64,000 nucleotides of DNA, taken from NCBI GenBank assembly GCA_963774615.1, contig CAVZFT010000035.1, positions 40,595 to 104,594 on the forward strand, written 5' to 3'. Shown piece after piece: positions 19,363 to 28,440 of the stretch; position 1 is the stretch's first letter, and each line of letters starts with the position of its first letter. The DNA comes from an uncultured Cytophagales bacterium (GTDB taxonomy: Bacteria > Bacteroidota > Bacteroidia > Cytophagales > Cyclobacteriaceae). The notes under the pieces are model-generated. The model ran no database searches and was not told where the DNA came from. It worked only from the letters and a program-made list of their open reading frames with translations. The translations under genes were made by a program, and so were the position numbers.

Positions 19363-21810
19363 CTACCCTTCATCCGACGTAGGAGCTTTCTTCGCCTGCT
19401 TCATTTGATTGATGCGATACGTGAAGGTAAGGTTGATCTGCCGGCGTCTGCCCTGGAAATCTCCAACGGTATAAAAATCCGGTCCTTCTGTGATCGACCT
19501 CATGCGGCGCGTGTTAAAGACATCGAGTATGTTGAAATTTATTGTTCCGCGGCCCTTAAGAATGTCTTTGCTCATGGAGAGGTCAAGATAATATAAAGCC
19601 CTGCGTTCGCCTTGTGCCGTCTTCTGCGGCGCTTCATAGTTTCCTCTAAGCTGACCATCAAAATTGTTGGCAAATGTAAAGCGCGATGTTAACCGCGTAA
19701 ACCAACTATACGTCGTTGTCTTATAGGTGTCGACAATGTTGCTTCCGTCAATATCCGAATGAAAGAGGTTGAAGTTGAAGTCCAGCTTCCACCATTTATA
19801 AGGAGTATAACCACTGGTAAGCTCGACGCCCACCGCCCGTTCTGAATTTAGATTCTCGGGCTGAGTGACCGCCCATCCTGTCTCCGGATCAACGGTCCTG
19901 ATCCTTTCTATCTTTCCGTCAGTGTCCCTGAAATAGACTGAAGAGGTTACGGTACCTTTTTCAAAATACTTAATGTGACCAACCTCATAAACATTGCTGA
20001 ACTCAGGATTGAGATCAGGATTACCGCTAAAAAAATTGCGGCTGTCGGAGAACGTCATAAACGGACTTAGGTCGTTGTAAAAAGGACGCCTTACCCTTCG
20101 ACCATAACTCACCTGAAGAGCGTTTTCTTTCGGAAGGTTTACCGTAAAGTGAGCGCTTGGAAACAAGTTGGCATACTTTCGCGGGTTGATTTCATTGGTT
20201 TCTTCCAGTGTTGTCTTTACATCCGTCCATTCAGCACGAAGGCCTGCCTGGTAAGAGATCTTGTTCGTCTTATTTCCGAGGATCCCATAGACTGCGTGTA
20301 TGTTTTCATCATACAAGAAAACATTGTCCAGCCCGGGGATTGGATCAAAAGTGCCATCCGCATTTTCAGCCGACACGATGTAGTCATTCACCATGTTACG
20401 GAAGCTGGTTCTTGCGCCGGCTTCGAACTTTCCTTCTTTGCCGATGGGTTTCACGTAATCCAACTGAACCAGGAATTGTTTTTCGGACTCATCGTTCAGT
20501 GATGTTTCCACCCTTGAGCTATCTAATGTGTTATCGGGAGTATATCTGTATTGCGTGAATAGCTGGTTTGAACTCTCCCAATTGTCGAGATATTTTACTT
20601 CTGCGGTAAGGTCATGGCCCTTTTGTTCAAATGATCTCTTATAGATCAATGAATACTCCGAGTTTGGCTCAATTTCATCCTCGTCCTGGCGGCGTGTTGT
20701 ATAACTTTGAAGATTTTCCGTCGAGTTAAGGTAATCTTCATAGAGGATTTTTGTAATCCGGTGTGCATCACTTCGGCGGAAAAGATAGGAACCGGTAAGT
20801 ATACTTTTCTCGCTGAAGAAATAGTCTAAGCCTCCACGGATGTTATTGTTGAAACCCATCAAATATCCTTCGTTGCTTTGTTTGGTTATCTTGGTCGATC
20901 CTTCATCATAAACTTCCTGGTATTGTTTGCCTTCGTAGGGTTGTTCCCGATAAGCGATAGCGTAATTGATGAAGAAATTGATCTTCCTGTGACGATAGTT
21001 AAGGTTTGCAGCGCCGCCGTAATTGATGGGATGACCGGTGATCACCTCAAAGGATCCGTTGAATCCCTCGTTCCGTTCCTTCTTCAACACAATGTTTATA
21101 ATTCCCGCCATACCTTCAGCTTCATAACGTGCGGATGGGTTGGTGATAACTTCTACACGTTCTATCATACTCGCCTGAAGTTGCTGCAATCCACTGCCTC
21201 CTTTAAAACTAACCAGCCCAGATGGTTTTCCATCTATGAGTATGCGGACGTTGTCACTGCCGCGAAGCTTTACGGTTCCTTCAGGATCTACGGAGACAGA
21301 CGGAATATTCATTAGAATGTCGTTGGCAGATCCACCGGCATTTGCAAGGTCCTGGCCTACGTTAAAGATCTTTTTGTCAAGCGATAATTCCATTGACGTT
21401 TTTTCTGCCTGGACCACCACTTCTTCGAGCGTGCTTGTTGACGGACTCAGTTTGATTTGTCCCAGATCGTGCGCGCGTTGTTCTTTTGATAGTTTAAATG
21501 ATTGAACTTTATAGGAGTTGTATCCCAGAAAATCTATTTCAGCATAATAATCGCCGGGAGATAGTTCAAGGGAAAATTCGCCCGTCTCGCCGGAGATATT
21601 GCCATTGATTAATTTTTTATCGACGTTATCAAACACCCGGACCGTAGCGAAACCCAGTGGCAAAGATGTAAGTGAGTCAATTACTCTTCCCTTTACGACT
21701 ATTTTTCCCTGTGATTGAGCTGACAATTCGTTGCAAACCAGGGTGATCAGCAATAACCCTATAAAACTGAATCGATACATCTTAGCTTTTGGCAATTTTT
21801 TTCTGCCCAT
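19363..21810 (-). CDS. TonB-dependent outer-membrane receptor (CarboxypepD_reg + plug + barrel)
   Basis: LEEVVV TonB-box region, plug IERVEVITNPSARYEAEGMAGIINIVLK, GNPDLNPE. Confidence 0.88.
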   Translation of the reverse strand: MGRKKLPKAKMYRFSFIGLLLITLVCNELSAQSQGKIVVKGRVIDSLTSLPLGFATVRVFDNVDKKLINGNISGETGEFSLELSPGDYYAEIDFLGYNSYKVQSFKLSKEQRAHDLGQIKLSPSTSTLEEVVVQAEKTSMELSLDKKIFNVGQDLANAGGSANDILMNIPSVSVDPEGTVKLRGSDNVRILIDGKPSGLVSFKGGSGLQQLQASMIERVEVITNPSARYEAEGMAGIINIVLKKERNEGFNGSFEVITGHPINYGGAANLNYRHRKINFFINYAIAYREQPYEGKQYQEVYDEGSTKITKQSNEGYLMGFNNNIRGGLDYFFSEKSILTGSYLFRRSDAHRITKILYEDYLNSTENLQSYTTRRQDEDEIEPNSEYSLIYKRSFEQKGHDLTAEVKYLDNWESSNQLFTQYRYTPDNTLDSSRVETSLNDESEKQFLVQLDYVKPIGKEGKFEAGARTSFRNMVNDYIVSAENADGTFDPIPGLDNVFLYDENIHAVYGILGNKTNKISYQAGLRAEWTDVKTTLEETNEINPRKYANLFPSAHFTVNLPKENALQVSYGRRVRRPFYNDLSPFMTFSDSRNFFSGNPDLNPEFSNVYEVGHIKYFEKGTVTSSVYFRDTDGKIERIRTVDPETGWAVTQPENLNSERAVGVELTSGYTPYKWWKLDFNFNLFHSDIDGSNIVDTYKTTTYSWFTRLTSRFTFANNFDGQLRGNYEAPQKTAQGERRALYYLDLSMSKDILKGRGTINFNILDVFNTRRMRSITEGPDFYTVGDFQGRRRQINLTFTYRINQMKQAKKAPTSDEG

Positions 21811-21941
21811 CGTCGGTTGTTATGAGACAGGACTATAATGGGTCCTTTTCGAACGTCAAAAATCGCGTGATTAAACCACGTGCATTTTGTTTTTCGTAGC
21901 GTAGGATGGATAAAATGATAGCCGGTAATTTGGCGGGGGAA

Positions 21942-22454
21942 TTACCTTCTCTTCATAACAAGGCTGTCAGGCGGATATTGTGATTTTAATGTATCCATTT
22001 GTGTCTTTGCCCAGTGTATTAATGTATTCTTTTGTTGGTCTGTGAGATTGGCCTGAGAATGAAGACCGAACCAGGTATAGGAAGCCAACGGCATTTCACC
22101 TTCGTCTAATACTTCAATTACTTCTTCGAACTTATGATTCTGTCTGGCGATCGGACTAGTCGTGAAATCAGAAAAATTAAGGTGACCTTTCCCGTGGTTG
22201 ATGTGATTGTTTAACCACCACGCTACCGGCTGAATGTTCGAATACCATGGATATTCCGTGCGATTGCTGTGGCAGTCGTTGCAAGCAAAGGCGAGAATTG
22301 TCTTAACAGAATCAGACATAGCATAGCGCGTGGCTACATCGTTTTGGTTTTCGCCCGAAACATTCTTCTCAGGTCTGAAAAATTGAATGATGACAAGAAC
22401 GACTACCAGGGCGATGATGATTTTACGTTTCATGGGACTTGAATATTTTGCCAA
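21942..22454 (-). CDS. Heme-binding domain protein (CxxCH, Haem_bd-like)
   Basis: ACNDCHSNRTEYPWY, GKGHLNFS, GEMPL. Confidence 0.8.
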   Translation of the reverse strand: MAKYSSPMKRKIIIALVVVLVIIQFFRPEKNVSGENQNDVATRYAMSDSVKTILAFACNDCHSNRTEYPWYSNIQPVAWWLNNHINHGKGHLNFSDFTTSPIARQNHKFEEVIEVLDEGEMPLASYTWFGLHSQANLTDQQKNTLIHWAKTQMDTLKSQYPPDSLVMKRR

Positions 22455-22558
22455 GAAAAGAAATATTCGTGGTATTTAAAATAATGCCCTAGGAGTTCGG
22501 CGGCCTAAGGCATTTGATGCAGGGAAACTTTTTACGAAACTTTTTCGTATTTATGCTG

Positions 22559-22582
22559 ATCGATATATTTATATCCATCAAT
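22559..22582. promoter_or_regulatory. Putative ArsR operator 1
   Basis: ATCGATATATTTATATCCATCAAT, an imperfect 24 bp inverted repeat directly before the arsR ATG. Confidence 0.65.
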
Positions 22583-22587
22583 AGTTC

Positions 22588-22869
22588 ATGATTTTAAGTA
22601 TTAAACAGGTCGAAAAGATATCCAAAGCGCTGGGGGATGCAAACCGCCTCAAGATATTACAACATATATCCAAAAAGGGCGGATGTGGCCAGTGTGCCGA
22701 GATCCAGGGGATAGTTGACCTTGCCCAGCCCTCCATCAGCCACCACATCAAGATTTTGTTGGAAGCGGGCCTTATTGAGGCTGAAAAAGAGGGCAGGAAC
22801 CACAAATACAACCTTAACGAGCAACTGATCAAGGATTATACGGCTGCCGTAAACATGATCAAGTCGTAA
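22588..22869 (+). CDS. ArsR/SmtB-family transcriptional regulator with a CxxC motif
   Basis: KALGDANRLKIL, LAQPSISHHIKILLEAGLI, CGQC. Confidence 0.88.
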   Translation: MILSIKQVEKISKALGDANRLKILQHISKKGGCGQCAEIQGIVDLAQPSISHHIKILLEAGLIEAEKEGRNHKYNLNEQLIKDYTAAVNMIKS

Positions 22870-22890
22870 AAAAATTTTTTTATAAAATAG

Positions 22891-22914
22891 ATCGAAAAAT
22901 TTAAATATATCAAT
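22891..22914. promoter_or_regulatory. Putative ArsR operator 2
   Basis: ATCGAAAAATTTAAATATATCAAT. Confidence 0.65.
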
Positions 22915-22954
22915 GAACTATTTGAACCCGGAAATCATTTAGAGTAGAGAAGCG

Positions 22955-22977
22955 AGGACCTAAGGTCCCTTTTTTTG
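22955..22977 (+). terminator. Intrinsic terminator between arsR and the OYE gene
   Basis: GAGGACC-TAA-GGTCCC followed by a T-run. Confidence 0.6.
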
Positions 22978-22986
22978 ACAAAATAC

Positions 22987-23010
22987 ATCGAAACATTTAA
23001 ATATATAATT
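22987..23010. promoter_or_regulatory. Putative ArsR operator 3
   Basis: ATCGAAACATTTAAATATATAATT, 10 bp before the OYE ATG. Confidence 0.65.
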
Positions 23011-23020
23011 ACATCAATCT

Positions 23021-24125
23021 ATGAGTTCCAAAACAACACTATCACCCTACAAACTTGGCAACCTGCCACTGAAGAACAGAATCGTAATGGCTCCGATGAC
23101 CAGAAGCCGCGCAATCGGTAACATTCCAAACAAGCTGATGGCGGAATACTATCAGACAACGCGCCTCAGCCGGATTGATCATCACAGAAGGTATTTCCCC
23201 TTCACCTAACGGACTCGGCTATGCGAGAATACCCGGGCTCTTTTCAGACGAACAGGTTGAAGGCTGGAAAGAAGTAACGGATGCCGTTCATGGTCGCGGC
23301 GGAAAAATATTCGCACAGCTCATGCACACAGGAAGAATCGCCCATTCAAACAATCTGCCGGCCGGAGCGAAGGTCCTTGCACCTTCATCAGTACATGCTT
23401 CCGGCTTGATGTGGACCGACCAGGATGGAATGCTTGAACATTCCACACCGAAGGAAATGGACCTGGAAGAAATAGAATCAACGAAAGCGGAATACGTGCG
23501 GGCTGCACGCAATGCGGTAGTTGCTGGATTTGATGGAATTGAATTGCATGGCGCTAATGGATACCTGCTGGAACAATTTTTATCCCCTCACTCGAACCAG
23601 CGGACCGATCATTATGGTGGCACAGTTGAAAACAGGGCAAGATTTGTCCTTGAAGTCGCCGGAGAAATAAGCGATGCAATTGGCAGCGACAAAACTGCTA
23701 TCCGGTTATCACCATACGGAGTTTTTAACGAAATGCCACACTATGACGAGATCGATGCGACCTATGCGCACCTGGCTCGTGAACTCGACAAAATTGGAAT
23801 TGCGTATATCCACCTGGTGGACCACAGCTCAGGCGGTGCACCCGAAGTGCCTCTTTCTATAAAGAAAACAATCCGCGATGCGTTCAAAAATACCATCATC
23901 CTTACCGGAGGTTACACGATGAGTGATGCCGAACGCGATGTCAATTCAGGTTTAGCTGACCTCGTAGGTTTTGGCAAACCATTTATATCCAACCCTGACC
24001 TGGTTGATAGATTCAAAAAGAATTTTCCGCTCAACATTAAAATGGATGCGAGCACTTTTTATACGCCCGGTTCCAAAGGCTATACCGATTACCCTGTGTT
24101 TGAAGAAGAGACAGTCAGTGCGTAA
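23021..24125 (+). CDS. nemA: Old yellow enzyme / alkene reductase (NemA-like); frameshift near 23155
   Basis: NRIVMAPMTRSRA, QLMHTGR, ELHGANGYL, RTDHYGG, GKPFISNPDLV. Confidence 0.85.
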
Positions 24126-24158
24126 AAAAACTCTTTATCACCTAAACATTAAAAATGT

Positions 24159-24566
24159 ATGTCAACTAAAATCAAATCAGCTTCTGTCGTAACGGCACGT
24201 ATCGTGCTTGGACTCATCTATTTCGTGTTTGGACTAAATTTTTTCCTCCATTTTCTTCCGACTCCGCCGTCGACAGGAGGGCCGGCGGAAAATTTCACCA
24301 CTGGATTGTTTCAGTCGGGATACTTCTTTCCTTTCTTGAAAGGTGCGGAAGTGCTCCTTGGGGGATTGTTACTGGCTGGAACGTTTGTTCCTCTTGCATT
24401 GGTGATCCTGATGCCGATCACGTTGAACATTTTATTGTTCCATGTCTTCTTAACAGACAATGCGATCATGAGTGTTGTGATCGTTGCCCTTCAACTTTAT
24501 CTTGCCTGGGCATACCGGGACTATTATAAACCGTTATTCAACCGAAAGTCCGTCGCGACCCTCTAA
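24159..24566 (+). CDS. DoxX-family membrane protein
   Basis: ARIVLGLIYFVFGLN, four hydrophobic segments, PITLNILLFH. Confidence 0.8.
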   Translation: MSTKIKSASVVTARIVLGLIYFVFGLNFFLHFLPTPPSTGGPAENFTTGLFQSGYFFPFLKGAEVLLGGLLLAGTFVPLALVILMPITLNILLFHVFLTDNAIMSVVIVALQLYLAWAYRDYYKPLFNRKSVATL

Positions 24567-24576
24567 CTAATACCAC

Positions 24577-24604
24577 AGGCCCTGAAAGAACAGGGCCTTT
24601 TTTT
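24577..24604 (+). terminator. Intrinsic terminator after doxX
   Basis: AGGCCCTG-AAAGAA-CAGGGCCT-TTTTTT. Confidence 0.8.
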
Positions 24605-24711
24605 GCACACATGCACCCGTTATTCGATAATCGTGAGTGTCGTGTTCATGGGTTGCGCAATTGAATGAGTCCAATGCGAGTGGAATTTCCAATAGTTCGA
24701 AAGTAAATCCC

Positions 24712-24812
24712 TAATCGCTGAGGACGCGAGTTAATGCCGCTGAGGACCACAGAGGGATTTATCTGACAAACTGTGGTTCTCTGCATTTTCACTCTGTGGT
24801 CCTCAGCGATTA
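24712..24812. repeat. Inverted repeat element of the CACAGAG/CTCTGTG type
   Basis: TAATCGCTGAGGAC..CGCTGAGGACCACAGAG versus CTGTGGTTCTCTG..CTCTGTGGTCCTCAGCGATTA. Confidence 0.7.
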
Positions 24813-24984
24813 AAAAGTCTGGGCACGCCATCGGAAATCACCACACATTATCGATTAATCGTGAACGAGGGAGTTGGAGTAAGGCGATAGCTGATATCCG
24901 TGAAAGAAATTCGTTAAACGCCCGGATTGAGTTGTTGCTTGTTTTCGAAATGTGAACGTTCTTCGCACATAATTCAATCGGAAA

Positions 24985-25830
24985 ATGAACAGCGGATCCT
25001 TTGCTTTTGTGCGTGGCGAAATCATTTCACAGGAAAAGGCTTTCCTTCACATCAGTGATCTTTCCATCCAGAGAGGATACGGTGTTTTTGATTTCTTCAA
25101 GGTCAGCGGCGAGCATCCTTATTTTCTCAACGACTATCTCGATCGTTTCTATCACTCTGCTACTGTGATGAGGCTGGTGGTTCCTTATGTACGACGAGAT
25201 CTGAAAATAATTATTCTCCAACTTATCAAACAGAACGACCTGCGAGAATCCGGCGTCAAGATGATTCTCACCGGAGGATACTCTCGCGATGGATATCAAG
25301 TGGGAGAATCCAACCTCATTATTACGCAACAACCCTTGGTGCTACCCGCTAATGAACAAATCGACAAGGGCATAAAGGTGATCACCTATGAATACGTGAG
25401 GGACTTTGCACTCGCAAAGACGATAAATTACACGATGGGGATATGGCTTTCAAAATTGGTAGCAGACAACAATGCATCGGATGTCTTATACTATAAAAAT
25501 GGAACCGTGTCAGAATTTCCCCGCTGTAATTTTTTTATTGTCAAAAAGGATGGGACGGTTGTCACGCCTGCTGAAAATGTTCTCTTGGGTGTGACGCGTA
25601 TGCAAGTAATGAACCTTGCGTCCAAACATTATCGTTGTGAAACCGCAACCGTTACTCTCGAGGATTTGCGGACGGCCAGGGAAGCTTTTTTAACCAGCAC
25701 CACGAAGCGGATCGTACCCATCGTGCAGATAGGCGATGTATCCATTGGCAATGGCAAACCCGGACCTGTCACAATTTCCCTGTTAAATCACCTCATCGAT
25801 CTCGAAAAGGCAGACCGCGAAAAGCAGTAA
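24985..25830 (+). CDS. Class IV PLP aminotransferase (D-amino-acid / branched-chain / ADC-lyase family)
   Basis: RGYGVFD, AKTINY, LLGVTR, REAFLTST. Confidence 0.85.
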   Translation: MNSGSFAFVRGEIISQEKAFLHISDLSIQRGYGVFDFFKVSGEHPYFLNDYLDRFYHSATVMRLVVPYVRRDLKIIILQLIKQNDLRESGVKMILTGGYSRDGYQVGESNLIITQQPLVLPANEQIDKGIKVITYEYVRDFALAKTINYTMGIWLSKLVADNNASDVLYYKNGTVSEFPRCNFFIVKKDGTVVTPAENVLLGVTRMQVMNLASKHYRCETATVTLEDLRTAREAFLTSTTKRIVPIVQIGDVSIGNGKPGPVTISLLNHLIDLEKADREKQ

Positions 25831-25870
25831 TCTCCCCCACAAAAATTATTTTAAAAACGCCAGATACTGT

Positions 25871-25886
25871 TGACATAGGGCTGTCA
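25871..25886. promoter_or_regulatory. Palindromic operator TGACA-N6-TGTCA
   Basis: TGACATAGGGCTGTCA, 36 bp upstream of the GyrI-like gene. Confidence 0.5.
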
Positions 25887-25922
25887 CACCTGATACGTTG
25901 ATTAGCATAAAAAAGGACGTCT

Positions 25923-26375
25923 ATGCAAATCAAGAGCGTAAAACCCATTAACTTTTTGTTCTATCGAACAGAAACCCGCGTCACCGACCTGGCGAACCTG
26001 ACCTGGGTAGCAAGGGATCTCTTCAAGGAGGCTGTGGCACAAGATCTCACCGTGACAGGTCCTGTGCATTGGCATTATTTCGGGTTTTGTGGAGATGAAA
26101 GCAAAGACTTTACACTCGAAATCGCCATTCCCATTGCTGACATTCCGCAAGAATACGATGGCCGTTTTCATTTCAAGAGAACGGAACCGTTCCGGTGCGT
26201 GGCAACGACCCACGAAGGAAGCTGGTTTGAAATCCCCAAAACCTATGGAAAGCTCATGGAGTTCATAACTCTGCAAAAGTTGGCGCCAAATGCAATCAAC
26301 AGGGAGTTGTATGTAAACGCCGACTTCAAAGATCCAGAGGCTAATGTTACCGAGATTCAGATTGGAATAAGCTGA
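25923..26375 (+). CDS. GyrI-like small-molecule-binding protein
   Basis: HEGSWFEIPKTYGKLMEFI..RELY..VTEIQI. Confidence 0.8.
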   Translation: MQIKSVKPINFLFYRTETRVTDLANLTWVARDLFKEAVAQDLTVTGPVHWHYFGFCGDESKDFTLEIAIPIADIPQEYDGRFHFKRTEPFRCVATTHEGSWFEIPKTYGKLMEFITLQKLAPNAINRELYVNADFKDPEANVTEIQIGIS

Positions 26376-26401
26376 TCATGAATGGTTCAAGATATACGAT
26401 A

Positions 26402-26554
26402 ATGAAAAAGCTGATAATTGCAATCGGAATCATTGCTGCGATTTTGGCGGTCCTTATTTCATTCAAAGCGAAGAGCGGAATAGAAATCATAGGACGCACG
26501 CTTAACCTTCACACGGTGATCTCAATAGAGATCGACGACAGCGATCAGATCTGA
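26402..26554 (+). CDS. 50-aa hypothetical membrane/secreted protein (not in the ORF track)
   Basis: MKKLIIAIGIIAAILAVLISFKAKSGIEIIGRTLNLHTVISIEIDDSDQI*, preceded by an A-rich leader. Confidence 0.5.
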   Translation: MKKLIIAIGIIAAILAVLISFKAKSGIEIIGRTLNLHTVISIEIDDSDQI

Positions 26555-26728
26555 CAATTTCCGATTCATACAAGAACGCAACACCATTAATAGCTCTCTC
26601 CGTCCGCCTTTTTTCCATTAGGCAGGGCGGAGGAACGGATAATGTCCTTTACAAACAAAATAGTTGACGCAATATTGCTACCGTTGGCGGGGCTGACTAT
26701 CTTGTTTGTATTCCGTTCCCACGCATGT

Positions 26729-27193
26729 ATGAACGACAATGAGAGATTGATCCATCGGTTTTATTCTGCATTTCAAAATAAGGACTATGCGACCATGCAG
26801 AGCCTGTATCATCCGGAAGCGCATTTTTCGGATCCGGTTTTTACGTCTTTAAAGAGCGTGGAGGTCAGGGCGATGTGGCAAATGCTGGTAACGGCGGGAA
26901 AGGATCTTAAGATAACTTTTCAAGACATCAAGGCAGATGACAAGCGTGGAAGCTGTCATTGGGAAGCATGGTATACGTTTTCACGCACCGGTAAGAAGGT
27001 GCACAACATAATAGAGGCGTCGTTCGAATTCAGCGACGGCCTTATAGTGAAGCATAACGACCAATTCGATTTCTGGAGATGGTCCAGGCAAGCGATTGGG
27101 CTTCCGGGTTTGTTATTAGGCTGGACCCCTGCTCTAAAGAATAAGATCAGAACCACCGCGGCAGCGAGTTTGCAAAGATTCATGCAACGATAG
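26729..27193 (+). CDS. SnoaL/NTF2-like family protein
   Basis: Likely start MNDNERLIHRFY; FSDPVF, AMWQML, HWEAWYTF, DQFDFWRW. Confidence 0.8.
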   Translation: MNDNERLIHRFYSAFQNKDYATMQSLYHPEAHFSDPVFTSLKSVEVRAMWQMLVTAGKDLKITFQDIKADDKRGSCHWEAWYTFSRTGKKVHNIIEASFEFSDGLIVKHNDQFDFWRWSRQAIGLPGLLLGWTPALKNKIRTTAAASLQRFMQR

Positions 27194-27232
27194 CGTCCAA
27201 AGTCCCCTCTATCTTTTCCGTAAGTTTGTACC

Positions 27233-27802
27233 ATGTTGCCAGAAAAAGTGAAGGCTGTCGAGGAAGTGTTCGACATTCTCGACCGGGAGATTGCCTCCTT
27301 TCAGTCGTGGTCGGGATTACATTGCGGATGGGGCTGTGGCAAGTGTTGCTTTAAGCCTGACATCGAAGCTACGATCCTGGAGTTCCTCCCTTTTGCGCAC
27401 CATCTTTACAGAGAAGGTCAGGCGTTTGTATGGCTGGAAAGATTAAGGGATAACACGTCTCAAACTTGTCTGATCCTGAATCCAACGCAGCATGGAGCAG
27501 GCCTTTGTTCAGAATATAAACATCGGGGATTGATTTGCCGGCTCTTTGGTTACTCTGCGAGAACCAACAAATACGGCGCAAAGGAACTCGTGACTTGTCA
27601 GGTGATAAAATCCGAGCAAACGGCCAATTATGAGGCGGCTGCCACGAAGATTTCCGGTGGTGCAGACGTTCCCGTCATGAACCAATACTACATGCGACTG
27701 CATGCCATCGATTTCGAATTGACCCGCGAATTTTTCCCAATCAACGAGGCCATAAAGAGGGCAATTGAAGTTATATTGCATTACTATGCGTATCAGGAGT
27801 AG
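27233..27802 (+). CDS. YkgJ-family cysteine-cluster (putative Fe-S) protein
   Basis: CGWGCGKCC, CLIL, CSEYKHRGLICRLFG. Confidence 0.8.
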   Translation: MLPEKVKAVEEVFDILDREIASFQSWSGLHCGWGCGKCCFKPDIEATILEFLPFAHHLYREGQAFVWLERLRDNTSQTCLILNPTQHGAGLCSEYKHRGLICRLFGYSARTNKYGAKELVTCQVIKSEQTANYEAAATKISGGADVPVMNQYYMRLHAIDFELTREFFPINEAIKRAIEVILHYYAYQE

Positions 27803-28388
27803 CATTTGGAAAGGGGCGTTGATTTTTGTGTTGGCGCTGGGTACTCATAGTCTGCTTGCTCAGGTAGAAAATGACAACAAAGTAAAGGGCAACGACTATG
27901 AGGTCGTTAGTACACCCTTCGAGCGTTACTGGACCAAGCCCCGTATTGTTCCAAAGGTTGGAATAGGAACGATGGATCGCCCGTTCGTGGAATTAGGCAT
28001 TCAATGGCATGATATCTACAAAACTCCTCTCACCCTTGTTTCCAAAGGTCCCTATTGCACTGTTGACATTTTTATAGATAACAGCAACTTCCTGCTGGGT
28101 CCAAAGCTGGGTTATGAAATGACCGCCGGACTTTTTGGGGCGGCGCTCGACATGACCTATTTTATCGATCACAACTATGATGGCGAAGGCGGAAACCGAA
28201 GCGGTATCCAATTAACCCCTAAAGTAGGTATTTCCGTCCTGGGATTTGCGGATCTTTTTTACGGTTATGCAATTCCGTTGACCGAGGAAAGGATCAGTAC
28301 CATTACCCGCAACCGCTTTTCGCTTGTTTTTAACCTCAACAAAGATTACTTCGATCTTAAGGAAGCAAGGCGCCGTACTCCACGGTAA
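27765..28388 (+). CDS. Hypothetical outer-membrane beta-barrel protein
   Basis: Signal peptide and amphipathic strands. Confidence 0.6.
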   Translation: MKLYCITMRIRSSIWKGALIFVLALGTHSLLAQVENDNKVKGNDYEVVSTPFERYWTKPRIVPKVGIGTMDRPFVELGIQWHDIYKTPLTLVSKGPYCTVDIFIDNSNFLLGPKLGYEMTAGLFGAALDMTYFIDHNYDGEGGNRSGIQLTPKVGISVLGFADLFYGYAIPLTEERISTITRNRFSLVFNLNKDYFDLKEARRRTPR

Positions 28389-28440
28389 CCTTTTCTGATT
28401 TCGCTCGGTATCATTACCGAACCTGTTTCCCTATACTGCT

